This document shows positions 9,620-21,900 of a stretch of 64,000 nt of DNA, piece after piece. The stretch comes from Trichoplax adhaerens (Eukaryota; Animalia; Placozoa), in the NCBI RefSeq assembly GCF_000150275.1, contig NW_002060954.1, forward strand, positions 1,240,001 through 1,304,000, written 5' to 3'. The translations under genes and the position numbers were made by a program. The notes below the pieces were generated by a model, which did not search any database, was not told the DNA's origin, and was given only the letters and a program-made list of their open reading frames with translations. Positions within the stretch are counted from its first letter, which is position 1; the number at the start of each line of letters is the position of its first letter.

Positions 9620-12600
9620 ATGGCTTTACCTCTGGCCAAGTACAAGCGTATTATAAGTGTTATCAAAAATTCAACATCACGCGAATGTCTGACAGACATT
9701 TTAAAGCTGTACCCTGGGTAAGTACATTGCTAAATTTAAAGTTTCTAACCAAGTACAAATTGTTCCAGTATGATCATAACAATTGCCATGTAATAGGTGC
9801 TAAAAGGAGTTACTGCATTTGGTTTACTGTGTTATTTACATTTACATTGCCATCGTAAGAAATTTATCAATTCTAGATTAAGATTAGACTAATATTACGT
9901 AATCATACTGTACAATGCACTGTGCAGAATGCATATATTAATGTGATATGTAGCTATTTATTAAGTTTAATAACGATATAATTAACGACTGCATAAAAGC
10001 TTGCAATACTTGACACAAAGGTTTAACTACAGCACATACAATATAATACCATGTTTGTAATATAGCAATTAAGAAATAACTGATGTTAACACAGAACTAC
10101 TATATTCTTTCTTTCTATTTAAATGTTCGTTCTAATAATTAACATACTTACGTATACTGTAGTTTGATGTAGTATCCCTGTACTAGTACCGTACAGTACA
10201 ATGTGCTAATAAATAAATGGCTTAAAATTAAATTTAAATTTTAAGATCTAAATTTAAGGTTGAATAGATTTTATTCACTGACATAAGTCTTAACATTATG
10301 ATTTCGAATCATCTGAATTGTGCTTTATTTTTTAATAGAGTAACATACAACACTTTGGTTAGTATTTACTCGCAAGAATACCAGGTAATCTAATGTACAA
10401 TAGCTAATGTCCATTTTGCAAGAGATACTTTGATTACAAAATTTTTTATCTAATACAATTTCTAAACAATGTAAAATCTGAGACTATACGCATTTAGAAA
10501 ATAATTTATTTGCGTAACATTACGTCATTGCTTTTATTAGCCAACTTTGTAAACTCAGCATATTATCAGTGTGCACTACTTCAGATACAAAATGCTAGCT
10601 AAATACCGTACATAAACATTCCTTTTCATTCATAAGCGACCTATTGGTATAATGCATATGATTTTTAAAGTTTATAGTTTAAACTTCATAGACATACAGT
10701 ACGAGTGTAATGTGTAATTGTCAAAGTTAAAGCACAATTACTTTATGCAAATTACGGCATAAGCACCCTATTCACAAAGGAAGTGGTGCTATACATACGA
10801 TTATTACTCAAAGTATTTTATCTATCTATTTTCGCACTACACGTACAAAGTATTTAAGAAAATTTGTGATAGCAAAATAGTCACATCTAAATATAGCACG
10901 TAATACTGCACATTGCTTCTACTACTTCAGCAGCATTTTATTTTGTTACTTTGCTGAGCAAATGAGCATCATATATTATGTCGTTCATGCTAATTAAGTA
11001 TTTACGGTAGTGAATATGACCTGGCTTTGCTATATTTTTTGTAATATAAGGGTCAACAGTTGACTATAGTACAATATATGGTATACAGTGGATAATAGTT
11101 ATCTAATTTACACTGGGGAAAATTCGTGTACAACTTTATCCAATATATTGTGTATACTACATACCTGTTCTTACTATGTCATCAAATATTGAGATATTTC
11201 GTTGTTACATCGGATATGTATAATTTGAGAGTATAATAATAATTATGTAGCATAACATAGAGAATGGCCAGTGTACTAGATTGATGTAAATATTCAAATT
11301 TAAAAATATAGTTAGCATTTATCAGTGGCTATTATTGTATATGTATATTTAATATTTAATTAGCACTGCAAAAACAGTAATCTACTTTTAATTATGAAAA
11401 TTTTCTGCAAATCCCCTGGTATACCCTTGATAGAAGAAAATTAAGAAAGAATTTCATCGCCATCATTCTCCGGACATGATGGAACGTTATTACCAGCGGT
11501 TTGTAAATTATATAGATGATGCAAATAATTAAGTTGAATTCACTATTTATCAGTATACTCGTACTAATCGTCCCTTTATTTAGCATTTAATAGTAAATTA
11601 TTTAATGTCTTTTATCGAAACATTAATATGACATATATCAAGCTTGTTAATTACCCCTTGTCTTTCACAGGTATTTAACGCTAAGTAATCAAGATTTCCA
11701 AGAATCAATCTTACAACTTATAGCTAATGAGGTTATTTCTTGATAAATTTATGACAACAAACGATTTAATTAAAAATTTACAAGGTATTTTGTCTGTGCA
11801 TATTGTAGGTAGATCTATCAGCTTTCCTCTTAGCTCGCATTGTAGTAGAAAGGCATTTGGCACATTTACATCATAATGGAAATAGTCGTAAGTTTATGAC
11901 ACAAAAAGGTACTATTCTAATAGCTATTAATCGATTAAAAACAAATGTTTTGTGATGGTAAAGCACCACGAACTACCATCAGCAATGCTATGAAGGACAT
12001 TACGTTACTGCAAAATGACAGACTCGCAAGGGAAGTTGAGCAGGTACGTTTCCGTAAATCGAATTCAATCATATCTCCACCGCTGGTTTCGTAAATTTTT
12101 AGGTAATAAGATCATACTTAAAAAATCTTTGTAATAAATTAGTGTATACTGAACGATGCAAATTACGGGCCTCTAATTGAGAATGTGAAGCAGTATCCTA
12201 CTTCTAAGCCTTCATTTAAAAATATATTATCTACGTTACGCCGTTATTTCAATCTTTAAAACCTTACTAATAGTTCTACTGGTCTTGAATATGAATATAT
12301 TCTACGAGAAAAGCTAAATAACTTGACGTTGGCCTTTCTTGGTACTGAAGTGTATACATAGCAGTAAAACTACGATAGCTAAATTGGGAAATTATATTTT
12401 CACCAAATAACGAGTTTAGTGATATTCAAACTGGCAAATCGAAATTTAGTAAATATATTCTTATAGTTTTTATGAAATCGTTCTTCAGATGAAAATGATA
12501 TGAGATTAAAAGGATATGATAAGACACCAGATATTAAATTAGAAGTGCCAATAGGTACGCACATCAACTATGACTATAAATTTAGAATTACATCACTAAT

Positions 12601-13250
12601 TGCGTCTATATCTACAGTATATAACATTTTCTTTTTAATGGTATTTCTTTAGCTGTGAATGGCAATATTGTGAACTGGATAGAAAGTAAAGCATCATTCG
12701 GTGATGAGCATAGTCATGCCACGTATATGAAGGATCAGTATTATAGCTACTTAAACAGGTACTTGTAATTCTTATGAAATTTTATGAATTATTTCTTATG
12801 TTCAGTATTTACTAGCTAAAGTATTTGAAAAATCTATAATAATATAATGTCAGTAGACATCATTACCTTTGTAGCTCTCACAGATTATTACTGTAGTAAA
12901 TGTAAATGTAACTATTGTATGTTTATGCATGCTAGTTTCAAATAGTCATTTATTGATTTAAATACCAAGGTATAAAAATGGATTGTTATTAAAATATTGC
13001 TTGACCTATTTACAAGTTTAAAGGCTGCTTACAATTATAGTTAGTCCGTAGGATTCTTGATCCATTAGAGATAAGAATTAAGATTAAGACCATTTCATTT
13101 GATAACAGGTTCGGACCAGGGATGGTAATTTACTGGTTTGGATTTATTAAAGAGTTAAATTTTGACGAGCAACCTGGCATCTTAATTGTGGACTCTTTTC
13201 CTTTAGAGATAATTACACTTAAAGCATGTACAGATCATGACTGTAATTAA
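9620..13250 (+). CDS. CDIN1: CDAN1-interacting nuclease 1 (C15orf41) homologue, 11 exons, ~286 aa
   Basis: Not in the ORF track. Exons 9620-9717, 10339-10384, 11434-11498, 11671-11731, 11809-11887, 11964-12043, 12143-12192, 12274-12341, 12489-12554, 12653-12758, 13109-13250 join in frame (861 nt). Peptides match remembered human C15orf41: [100 protein letters not shown]. Confidence 0.93.
12193..12273 (+). other. Probable U12-type (minor spliceosome) GT-AG intron in CDIN1
   Basis: Donor GTATCCTAC (U12 consensus RTATCCTTT, poor U2 match). Branch-like ATCTTTAAA/ACCTTAC close to the AG, no polypyrimidine tract, phase 2. Confidence 0.65.
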
Positions 13251-14226
13251 AGTCTAATGCCAATTTGATATTGCTAGCAAATTATAACCATATGCTATTA
13301 CTGTAGTTTTCATTTTTACAGTATAATTATCAGTCTTACTACTCGCGTTATTGCCGATATAGCAATACATTTGTGGTTGCACACTTTACTATACATTGGG
13401 TATTAGTTATACGTATGTACAGTACGCTACATGGATTTTCGATACCGTAGTCATTTGTTCTGTAAGCATCTCAATTTTACTGTATAGTATAGTAGTAATG
13501 GTAGTTAATAAGGCGCAATATCAGATGGAACGGACATACGAGTAAATTCTATTTGGAATATTCACTTGCTGTAGTACAGTTTCATTTGTATTTATTACGT
13601 AATTCTGTGCCAAACAAGAAGCAGAACACTCGCATGTTACCAAGGAATTTCAATAAATTAAAAATAAAACGTATTGTACAGTATTTTTTCGTTGTCATGC
13701 TGGGAATGCTTTCTGTAAATTGTAAATTATTGTCCTGACAGTGCATTTATTTAAGGCCGGTGCTACACTCATTATCATTAATCCCACTTTCTTAACCATA
13801 ACTTGAATCGGCTTTTATACGCTATACAAATGTACTCCCGCTATACTGTATATGACCAGTAAGAGAGACCAGTGAATGCTTTCCGAAACATACACGCGGA
13901 TACTATCTATCTTTTTATATTATACAGTTTAAACAGAGAAACCGTTTATTTCAAGATCGAACAGTACACCCGCTGTATTAGCGCGATATTGGTGATTAAC
14001 TGTAAGTTACAATGAGGAAAGTTACTGGTAAACTTCGCTAAATACAATGTTACGTTGTTTTCGATCATAGCAATCCATGGCAATACGTAGTCTCTGAAAG
14101 CATACAGTAGTAAATAGTGAATCTCCCAAGTAGGTTACACCAACAGTATAGTACTAGTATGAGAGCATGGTCACGTGATATTTTAGGTTAGGTTAAATAA
14201 AGAATTTTCATTAGAAGTGATGTTTG

Positions 14227-14298
14227 GGGGATATAGCTCAGTGGTAGAGCGCTCGCTTCGCATGTGAGAGGCCACGGGTTCAATCCCCGTTATCTCCA
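14227..14298 (+). tRNA. tRNA-Ala, anticodon CGC
   Basis: GGGGATA/TATCTCC acceptor stem with G3:U70, D arm GCTC-AGTGGTA-GAGC, anticodon arm CTCGC-TTCGCAT-GTGAG, T arm ACGGG-TTCAATC-CCGT, discriminator A, no encoded CCA. Confidence 0.97.
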
Positions 14299-14299
14299 G

Positions 14300-14308
14300 T
14301 TTTTTTTT
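14300..14308 (+). terminator. RNA polymerase III oligo-T terminator of the tRNA
   Basis: T run immediately after the tRNA 3' end. Confidence 0.85.
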
Positions 14309-15904
14309 CTTTTCATATTGTTAATAGTAAATTCAGTTTAGTTTATGTAGATTAGATCGGCCGCATTAATTAATTATTACATAGACAACAGATGATACTG
14401 CTTGATATCTACAATCACTAACTTAACCCGCATACCATGCCATGCGAATGAGATTTCTGATAATATTAATCGATATTATACTGAATGCAAAAACGGCATA
14501 GCCGCGTCTGACTCAGCCTAGCAGAAACTCCAGCTCATTGATACGTACTTCACTTAGATTTAATAAATTATCTCACTAATACCACTAAAAGCAGTTTCAA
14601 ACTGTCCATGTGTCATACGCACACAGGAATAAGTTAACTGTTAACCAACTTAGCGGCTATTTGAGAGAACACCTATAAATAGTATAAGGACTGGTAAGAA
14701 TAGGAGAAGATCGTGGGATAGAAATTTTAGAATACTAAATTTAAAGAAATATCGTATAAATATTGTATACCCTATATGACTAGCTAATCGTGATCTCCTA
14801 CTTTTTCTAAAGGTGCAGATCGGAAATACTCATAGCATACTATCATTATAGTTAACAGCAATGTTGCACACCCAAATATCGACAATAAACGTATACTCAA
14901 ATAGATTTAAATGCTTTCATGTAGCAGTAAAACCATTTAATATTTTTTCTGACAGCAATCACTTTTTCATGACGCTTTGATCTATTACTAGTTGCTTAAC
15001 AACAACAGAAAACATTACAGCACTCATTCCACACTTTAATATTGAAGAACGTATCATATAAGCAAATAGTGTGCTAAAATTATGCTATAGATTAAGCACA
15101 AGTGTATTAAATATTATCATCATTGGTTTGTCGTTCAGGCAAAAATAGCTCGATACCATCCGACTCAATTAAGAAATCAGAAAAATAACACCCTTAGTTA
15201 GTATAAACACACTGATATCGCATGACAACATATTAATTACATATAGCTATCACAATTGTTATAAATACTGCCATAAATACTGCGTTATAATATACGCACT
15301 GTGTTATATGCTATAGAATAACAGTGACTTTTCAGCTATTGTTTTATTAGATTCTTAGCATTACTTCACGAAAGGGCAAATAAAAGGGGATAATTCGGTT
15401 TGGTCAGTCAGATTGTACTATTAGTAATAATTTAGTAAGAACTACATCGCCTACTAGTATCAATCTGTTAATTTGGTTACGAATGCAGTATAAATACAAC
15501 TGCATAACTTTTCCAATTGGCTACATTATGTACTGTAATCGGGCCTAAGGATGTAGGTTTATTAATTAATAGATAAGGGTAAAATTTAATGCAACGACTG
15601 AGACGTTGGTTAAAATTTGTTTATAGGCACAATATAGTTATCTTTTACTAGCGGATAAAAAATGATTACTTCATCGAGTGAGATAAACAGGAAATGTTTC
15701 TGACCCTTAGTTTTGATATGAATAATAATAAATTAATTGTTATAAATAATTTATGTACTAGTAAATCATTAAAATGATCTACTCCATAGTACTACATTGA
15801 AATCGTTACTAAATATTTCAATAGTGCCATTATAAGAAAGCGATCACAATTTGTTACTATAACTTGTTACTATGTATCACTTCCATTCGAGTACGTTCGA
15901 TATC

Positions 15905-18900
15905 TTAGGAAGGATGTAAATCTAGAATCTGTTGTGTCATAACGTCACCTGATTGAAAAATTGTTGAAGATGAAGGCGGTTGATTTGATCCTTGCAGGAA
16001 TGGATGATGATGTGGACCGCCAGCTCCGCGCACTGGTGGCGGTGGCGGCATCATGATAGGGTGATGTGTGGCTTGACCATGCTGTAGATATAGAGAAGAT
16101 GAATGAGATCCAGCTGAGGTACTAGTCGTAGGACCGCGAATAACGTGAGGAATGGGCATAGCGGACATAGAAACCACGGGATTGAGGCCAGGATCAGAGC
16201 CACATGTTCCCATGTTGAAGGGTACACTTGGTATACTACCAATATCATAAAATGGAGATTGCAAATGGTCTATTCCGTAATTTGGTCCTACATGTGACGA
16301 TGTCGGTGCTGACATTGCTCCAAATGATGGGTGACACTGACCAGACGGCTTTCGACGACGCGATTTCATAATAACAGGTGGTTTACCGGTACGATTTGAT
16401 GCATCGATCATTGGCTGTACAATTCTACGCCTTGCGTTAATAAACCTATGCATATTTATTACGTCATGATCAATTAATCTAGTAAGTATCTATGCAGCTG
16501 ATGTTTGGCATAAAGTAATAAACAGTAAAAACAGTTTAACACTTCATGCACTAAATAGAATATGTTCTGATTAGCGGGACTTAATTACTGTCAGAAATGA
16601 ATAATGGCGGATTACGTAAAGTATTAAACTAGGATTCATTTTCTTAAAGAGCAGTACTATAATAGTTAATCCAATACAAAAATCGTTCAATCCTAAGTGC
16701 TAACCTAGATACTGCAATTGAAATATAATTATAGTTTAGTGTCAATTCTTTGCAACTTATTGCATCTCAGGTAAATTCCACTTAAATCAAATTTAGAATA
16801 ACTACTAATTTATGACATATACAGTATAGCAAATATGAACTAAATCTTGGTGGCAGGGAAAAGTATCGTATTCGAATTACGAAGTGTTACATTTGTATAA
16901 CTTCTACATTACGATAACTTTAAGATACCACTTATATGAATATTTGTTGTACGTATTGGTACTGTATTGCATTGTATTACTGTTATTAGGCTGTATGCTA
17001 TGCTGTATACTCGAATATACAGTATGTGTAAAGAATAAGATTTGCGCATAAATAGGTGGCAGAGTTAAGAATAAAGTCAGTTACGGGTTAGGGGTAAGCA
17101 GTGTGCTTTGACGTCTGCGCTCTAGACCAGCACATGCGAAGAGGCTGGTAGAACCTTTACCAAGTCGCAATACGAAGCATGGACATGCCCAGGATTTACT
17201 GGCATATTACTGATATTTAGTAATCGAACGTACGCATAATTACAACCTTATTTCAAATTTTTAAAGTATTAATGGTTGATTTTTTAAAAGCAAACTTCAA
17301 GAGTTTCAAAAGTGTTGTTGCAGTCAATTGTATATTATCGAAACAGTACCAATTATTGACTTGTAAAATAGTTAGACTGGTTTCTTCAGCTAACATTCGT
17401 TTTCTTTCTTCAGATGGATAAGGATGCTATTGGAAATTATTTAATAGTATGAGTATGCGACAATTATATAATTACAGCTTATTTTAAAAATAAGTACTGC
17501 CAAGCCTGAAAGTTATTTTCGATTTACTAATTATTGTATTACCCCTGCCATTCTAATAAATTATAACTTATAAAATTAATGTATACACGTATCCTTATTG
17601 TTTTTAAATTCTTCTATCAAATTTTTAAATCGATCTGGACATAAGCGACATTAATATTTGGTTGAAAAGCAGTATCAATCGGGCAAATCTTACTCCAAGG
17701 TTTTGAAATAACCAGGCTTTCATAACATTAGTTGCTGATTTTGGGAATATTCCTCTCTTCTTCCTCTTTTTGTTGCCTTTGTCGTCATCATCATCATCAT
17801 CGATATTTGCATCTAGAGCAGTGAAATTATAACAGCAAATTAATATCGTAAATATGAGGCAAGAAAAATTGACTGCAATCATTGGATGACAATTAACTCC
17901 CATTTTCTTAATACTCTTAGCTATTTGATGACTGCAACCAGTGAATATGAAAAATACAAGCAATTTATCATATTTGATAAAAATTTTAAATACAGAAATT
18001 TAAGTTGCAGCGCTAATTATTGTAGTCAATCTTATTTACAAACGGTGTTATTAATAACAATAAGGTAACTGTACGCTGGTGGTATTGGTTTCACTACGAC
18101 CAAACTTTCAAAAAGTGCGGAACTATTTCACGAAGCTTTAATTGCAGAGCAGATAGTAAGTTGAGAGAACATTTCTTTACTTGGATATCAAAATACATCA
18201 AGTCGAAGGCAAACTTGCGCGATTGTGTTTGATACTCTGATCTTCGGATTTATTGTACTGTATGCTAGATTCGATATAGTGCCAGTTACTCTTAAAATAT
18301 AGCGCTTTAGCGGGCAAGAGATTATAATAAATTGTTAGCTTACGGTTACGAAGTATCTGTTCCATAGCAGCTGTAACATAGTTTTCGTATATGTCTTATT
18401 TAGAAATTTTATCAGCAATGCTTTATCTATGATGCCTTCTATGTTTTTATAGTTAATTGCGTAGTTGTATAACATATATGTACCGTAATGATAGCTAGAC
18501 AATGTTTATGTAGTTTTACCATAGATTGACTGATCTTCAATAAAGTTTTGGTTCAATTTTATTTGAGAAACTAGAAGTTTATAGTAAACACCTAATAATG
18601 GGGAATTGTCAGTCGTAATGTAGGCAGATATTGGGAAGGAAAAGCTTGGCCGCAGATTTGTAGTTGTATAAGAACTCTTTTAGTAGTTTAAAGTTTTCTC
18701 GTCACAAATTTCGGTGTTGTAACACTTACCTGTTACATTAAGTGGACTAGAATGGGTGGAAGACTGAGCGGGCGTTTGATGCTGCGGTATAGGCCAATTA
18801 GTTATGTTGCTTGGCTATTAGTGGAATAAGTAATTACAAAAATATAATATTAATAGGAGGACCGAGTTAAAGATAAAATAACCCCTACTTTGATAATTTT

Positions 18901-21900
18901 GTATCGATAACAAGAAGCAGAAACCGATCACAAAGTACAAATACAAAAGTTCTGCACGTATAACGCAACAAGAATACAATTGAACTAATCATAATGCACC
19001 GACTAAATCTTGAGAAATTAGGCGATTATTGCGAATACAATGACATATGTGATTACGCATAAATTCTTTTATCAGTTAGCTAAATTTGTTAATGTTACTG
19101 ACATATGACAAATAATGATGGTATTTTATTATTAAGATCGCGTTTTAAATGACAATAAAGATCCTGAAAGCAAACATTTCGAGAAGATCACGGAAAGTTC
19201 CCTGCAGTGTAGCCAAAATTGTCACACGTTATCATTTTTACGAAATTTGATAAGATTATTATTCAGATATAGCAGATAGACACGATTTAATTTTCTAGAC
19301 GATTACATTAGACAAAGTAACCGCCTAATTCCTCCGTTATTAACGCTATCTAGCAAGACTAAGTTAAAATGTAGGACATACGTATAGAATACACTGTAAG
19401 CTTAATGGCTGCTGATAGTCACGCTGAAATTATTCTCACCGAAAGAAAAAGTCGATACAAACCGTATGGGCAAAACAGATGATGTATCTTATCCTATTAG
19501 ATTACTATAGGTGCTGTAGTCGACTTAGAGATAAATGAATAATAAATTCTACTCCACTTTATCCGAACTCGGTTTCCCGCCCGATATAGAACTGACTTAG
19601 GTGCACCATAATTTAAACATACAATAAGTTACAGAACAGGATTACTTAAAAATTTCTGGGATATGCTAATATTTCAGAAATACTCGAACACCAGCAAAAA
19701 GCGTTTAGTGCATTAAAGTAATAGTCCAAGTAAATTTTATTGATGTGATAGTCACGGCAGTTAAATTATCTATTAGATTCATATTGTGTACGAGCAAGGT
19801 TAAATTCACACTTTCAATACTGCAGAAATTATCAAGTTGGATTTCAATTCAATTATAACTTCATCGACTGTTAGAACATTGGCGTAAGCGGTGAATATTT
19901 TGGTTATGTGGTTCAGTAGGTCTGATCTACCGTTAGAGGGACAATAAAAGTATAAATTTTCCGTTTATGCTACGAAAATCTTCATAAAAGTCGCTGATAA
20001 TAAATTTGAAATTGTCTGTTGCAGTTGAAAAAGTGATATCTATGTATCATAATCTAGGCTATTATCTTGTGAAATTATCATAAAAGAAACAGATTGTTAT
20101 AGATACGAGTAGTGCTGGTAACAAGCTCATAATGACTTTTAAGGGATATTTTAAGTTGTTTGAACTCACTATTTTCAAATGATCGTATTCGTATAAAAAT
20201 TCTACTAATGTTCTTCGCATTGCAGTTTTATCAGTTATGAACAGTTAAGTAAGCTTACTAAGTGAATCTTAAGTCTACTTGCTATTAGAAACCCGAAAGC
20301 AACTACTCGTACATAATAGAATACTGTAGTTCAACCAGTTTTTCCTTTTCTTACAAAGTTGATCAACTGCTATGGCATTTGACGAAAATTAAAAATATTA
20401 AAGGACAATTCTGAAAATTGAACTCCGCACCTCCAATAAGCATTGAAGAACTGTTAATCATGGACAGATTAATGTAATGATATTAGATTGTTGTATCAAC
20501 AAACCATGTATTCGCTAGGCATAATAATTAATAGAGTCTGACACCTTGATAAAAACTAAATTGAATTTTAACCGTAATCTGTAAGAGAAGTGAGTGATAG
20601 CTGAAAATCTTTCATCGTAAATCAAGATATAATAGCGTCATCTAGTATTATCATGACGACTATCAGGATTTTTCCCTTTCTAACTCAATCGAAACCTATC
20701 AACCCTTAACAGGTATTAATGATAAAGGTCAATATTACATTGTAGGACAAGGATCAGTCGAGCTATAAAATGAATAATACATATAGAACTCGAATCAAAA
20801 TAATTACAGTTTACCTTTCAGCGATTTATGTAAGCAGCTTTAGATATTTAATGATACTAATATGTAGTATAAAATTTAAAAGTTTCAATAGTATAATCAA
20901 TTAGATCCTAGCACTAAGTACAAGCACATGCAAATATAGATTATATAAGTCACATTTTAAGCACGTACTTTTTTGATCAGCCAAGATAGACGCATCTTTT
21001 CATGTTTAATCTATAGAACACTTAAAATAATAGCTTACTTGCGAACTTGCTACAGGAAATTGACCATGTGATTCGTCCAATTCATGTGGTAATTTCACAG
21101 TATTTGGATTTCGTCGTTGATTCATGATTAAATCACCTGGCATACGAGTCTTTAATGCTTCAATATAACGCTTGCAGAAGTTATCACACAATTCGTGCAC
21201 CTGTACAGCATTATTGTTTCATAAGTATTAAATGATAGCTTGTCGAAAAATGTTAATGATAATAAACAAAAACTTTTAGCTTTATCTCTATGGCTAAATA
21301 TAAAAAATAAATTGGGAAAGGTCGAGAAAAAGATGTACAATGCAATGCTTATTTATCATAAGGTAGAAAGAAGAGAAGTGGGTGTATGAGAATGAAAGTT
21401 GATGAAAACTTAATTATTATCATAATTTGTTATGTTTAATCCAAAAAGATACCACCTTTGATTTACTATTTTACTTGAAAATGAATGCTGACAATCTAAA
21501 GTTAGCTTCAATAAGATTGCTTTATCGTAGGCATAATTAAATTGAAAATTTGAAGTTAACTCATTCTAACATATTTTGTTTTTGAGTTCGAAGTCTAATC
21601 TATCGTAAACGACAGACTAGATTTATTATAATTTAGACCTAAGGGATGCAACTACTTAGAAAAAATATTAATTGTGATCATTTGTATCACTTGATATTTA
21701 AATGTTACACAAGTCATGAAATGACTGAAAGGAATTACTAGAACACAAATGAAGAAATCAAAAGAAAATATTGAATATTAAAATATTCTGCGCTAATAAA
21801 AATACTCATAAGATTTTGCTTAATTTACTAAAGTAGATTTCTAAATTATTTGAGTAGTTTGAATTACAATTCTAAATGCTATAAATGAATAGTTGTTATG

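Noticed and set aside
12167-12175. GGGCCTCTA, reverse complement of the micro-element left end
   Set aside because: Lies in a conserved CDIN1 coding exon (YGPL), with no partner end or TSD.
17085-17150. CCCTAACCC telomerase-template-like 9-mer and HDV-ribozyme-like CCAGCCTCTTCGC on the minus strand
   Set aside because: No pseudoknot, CR4/5 or H/ACA domain downstream of the 9-mer; the P3/P1 pairings needed for an HDV fold do not form.
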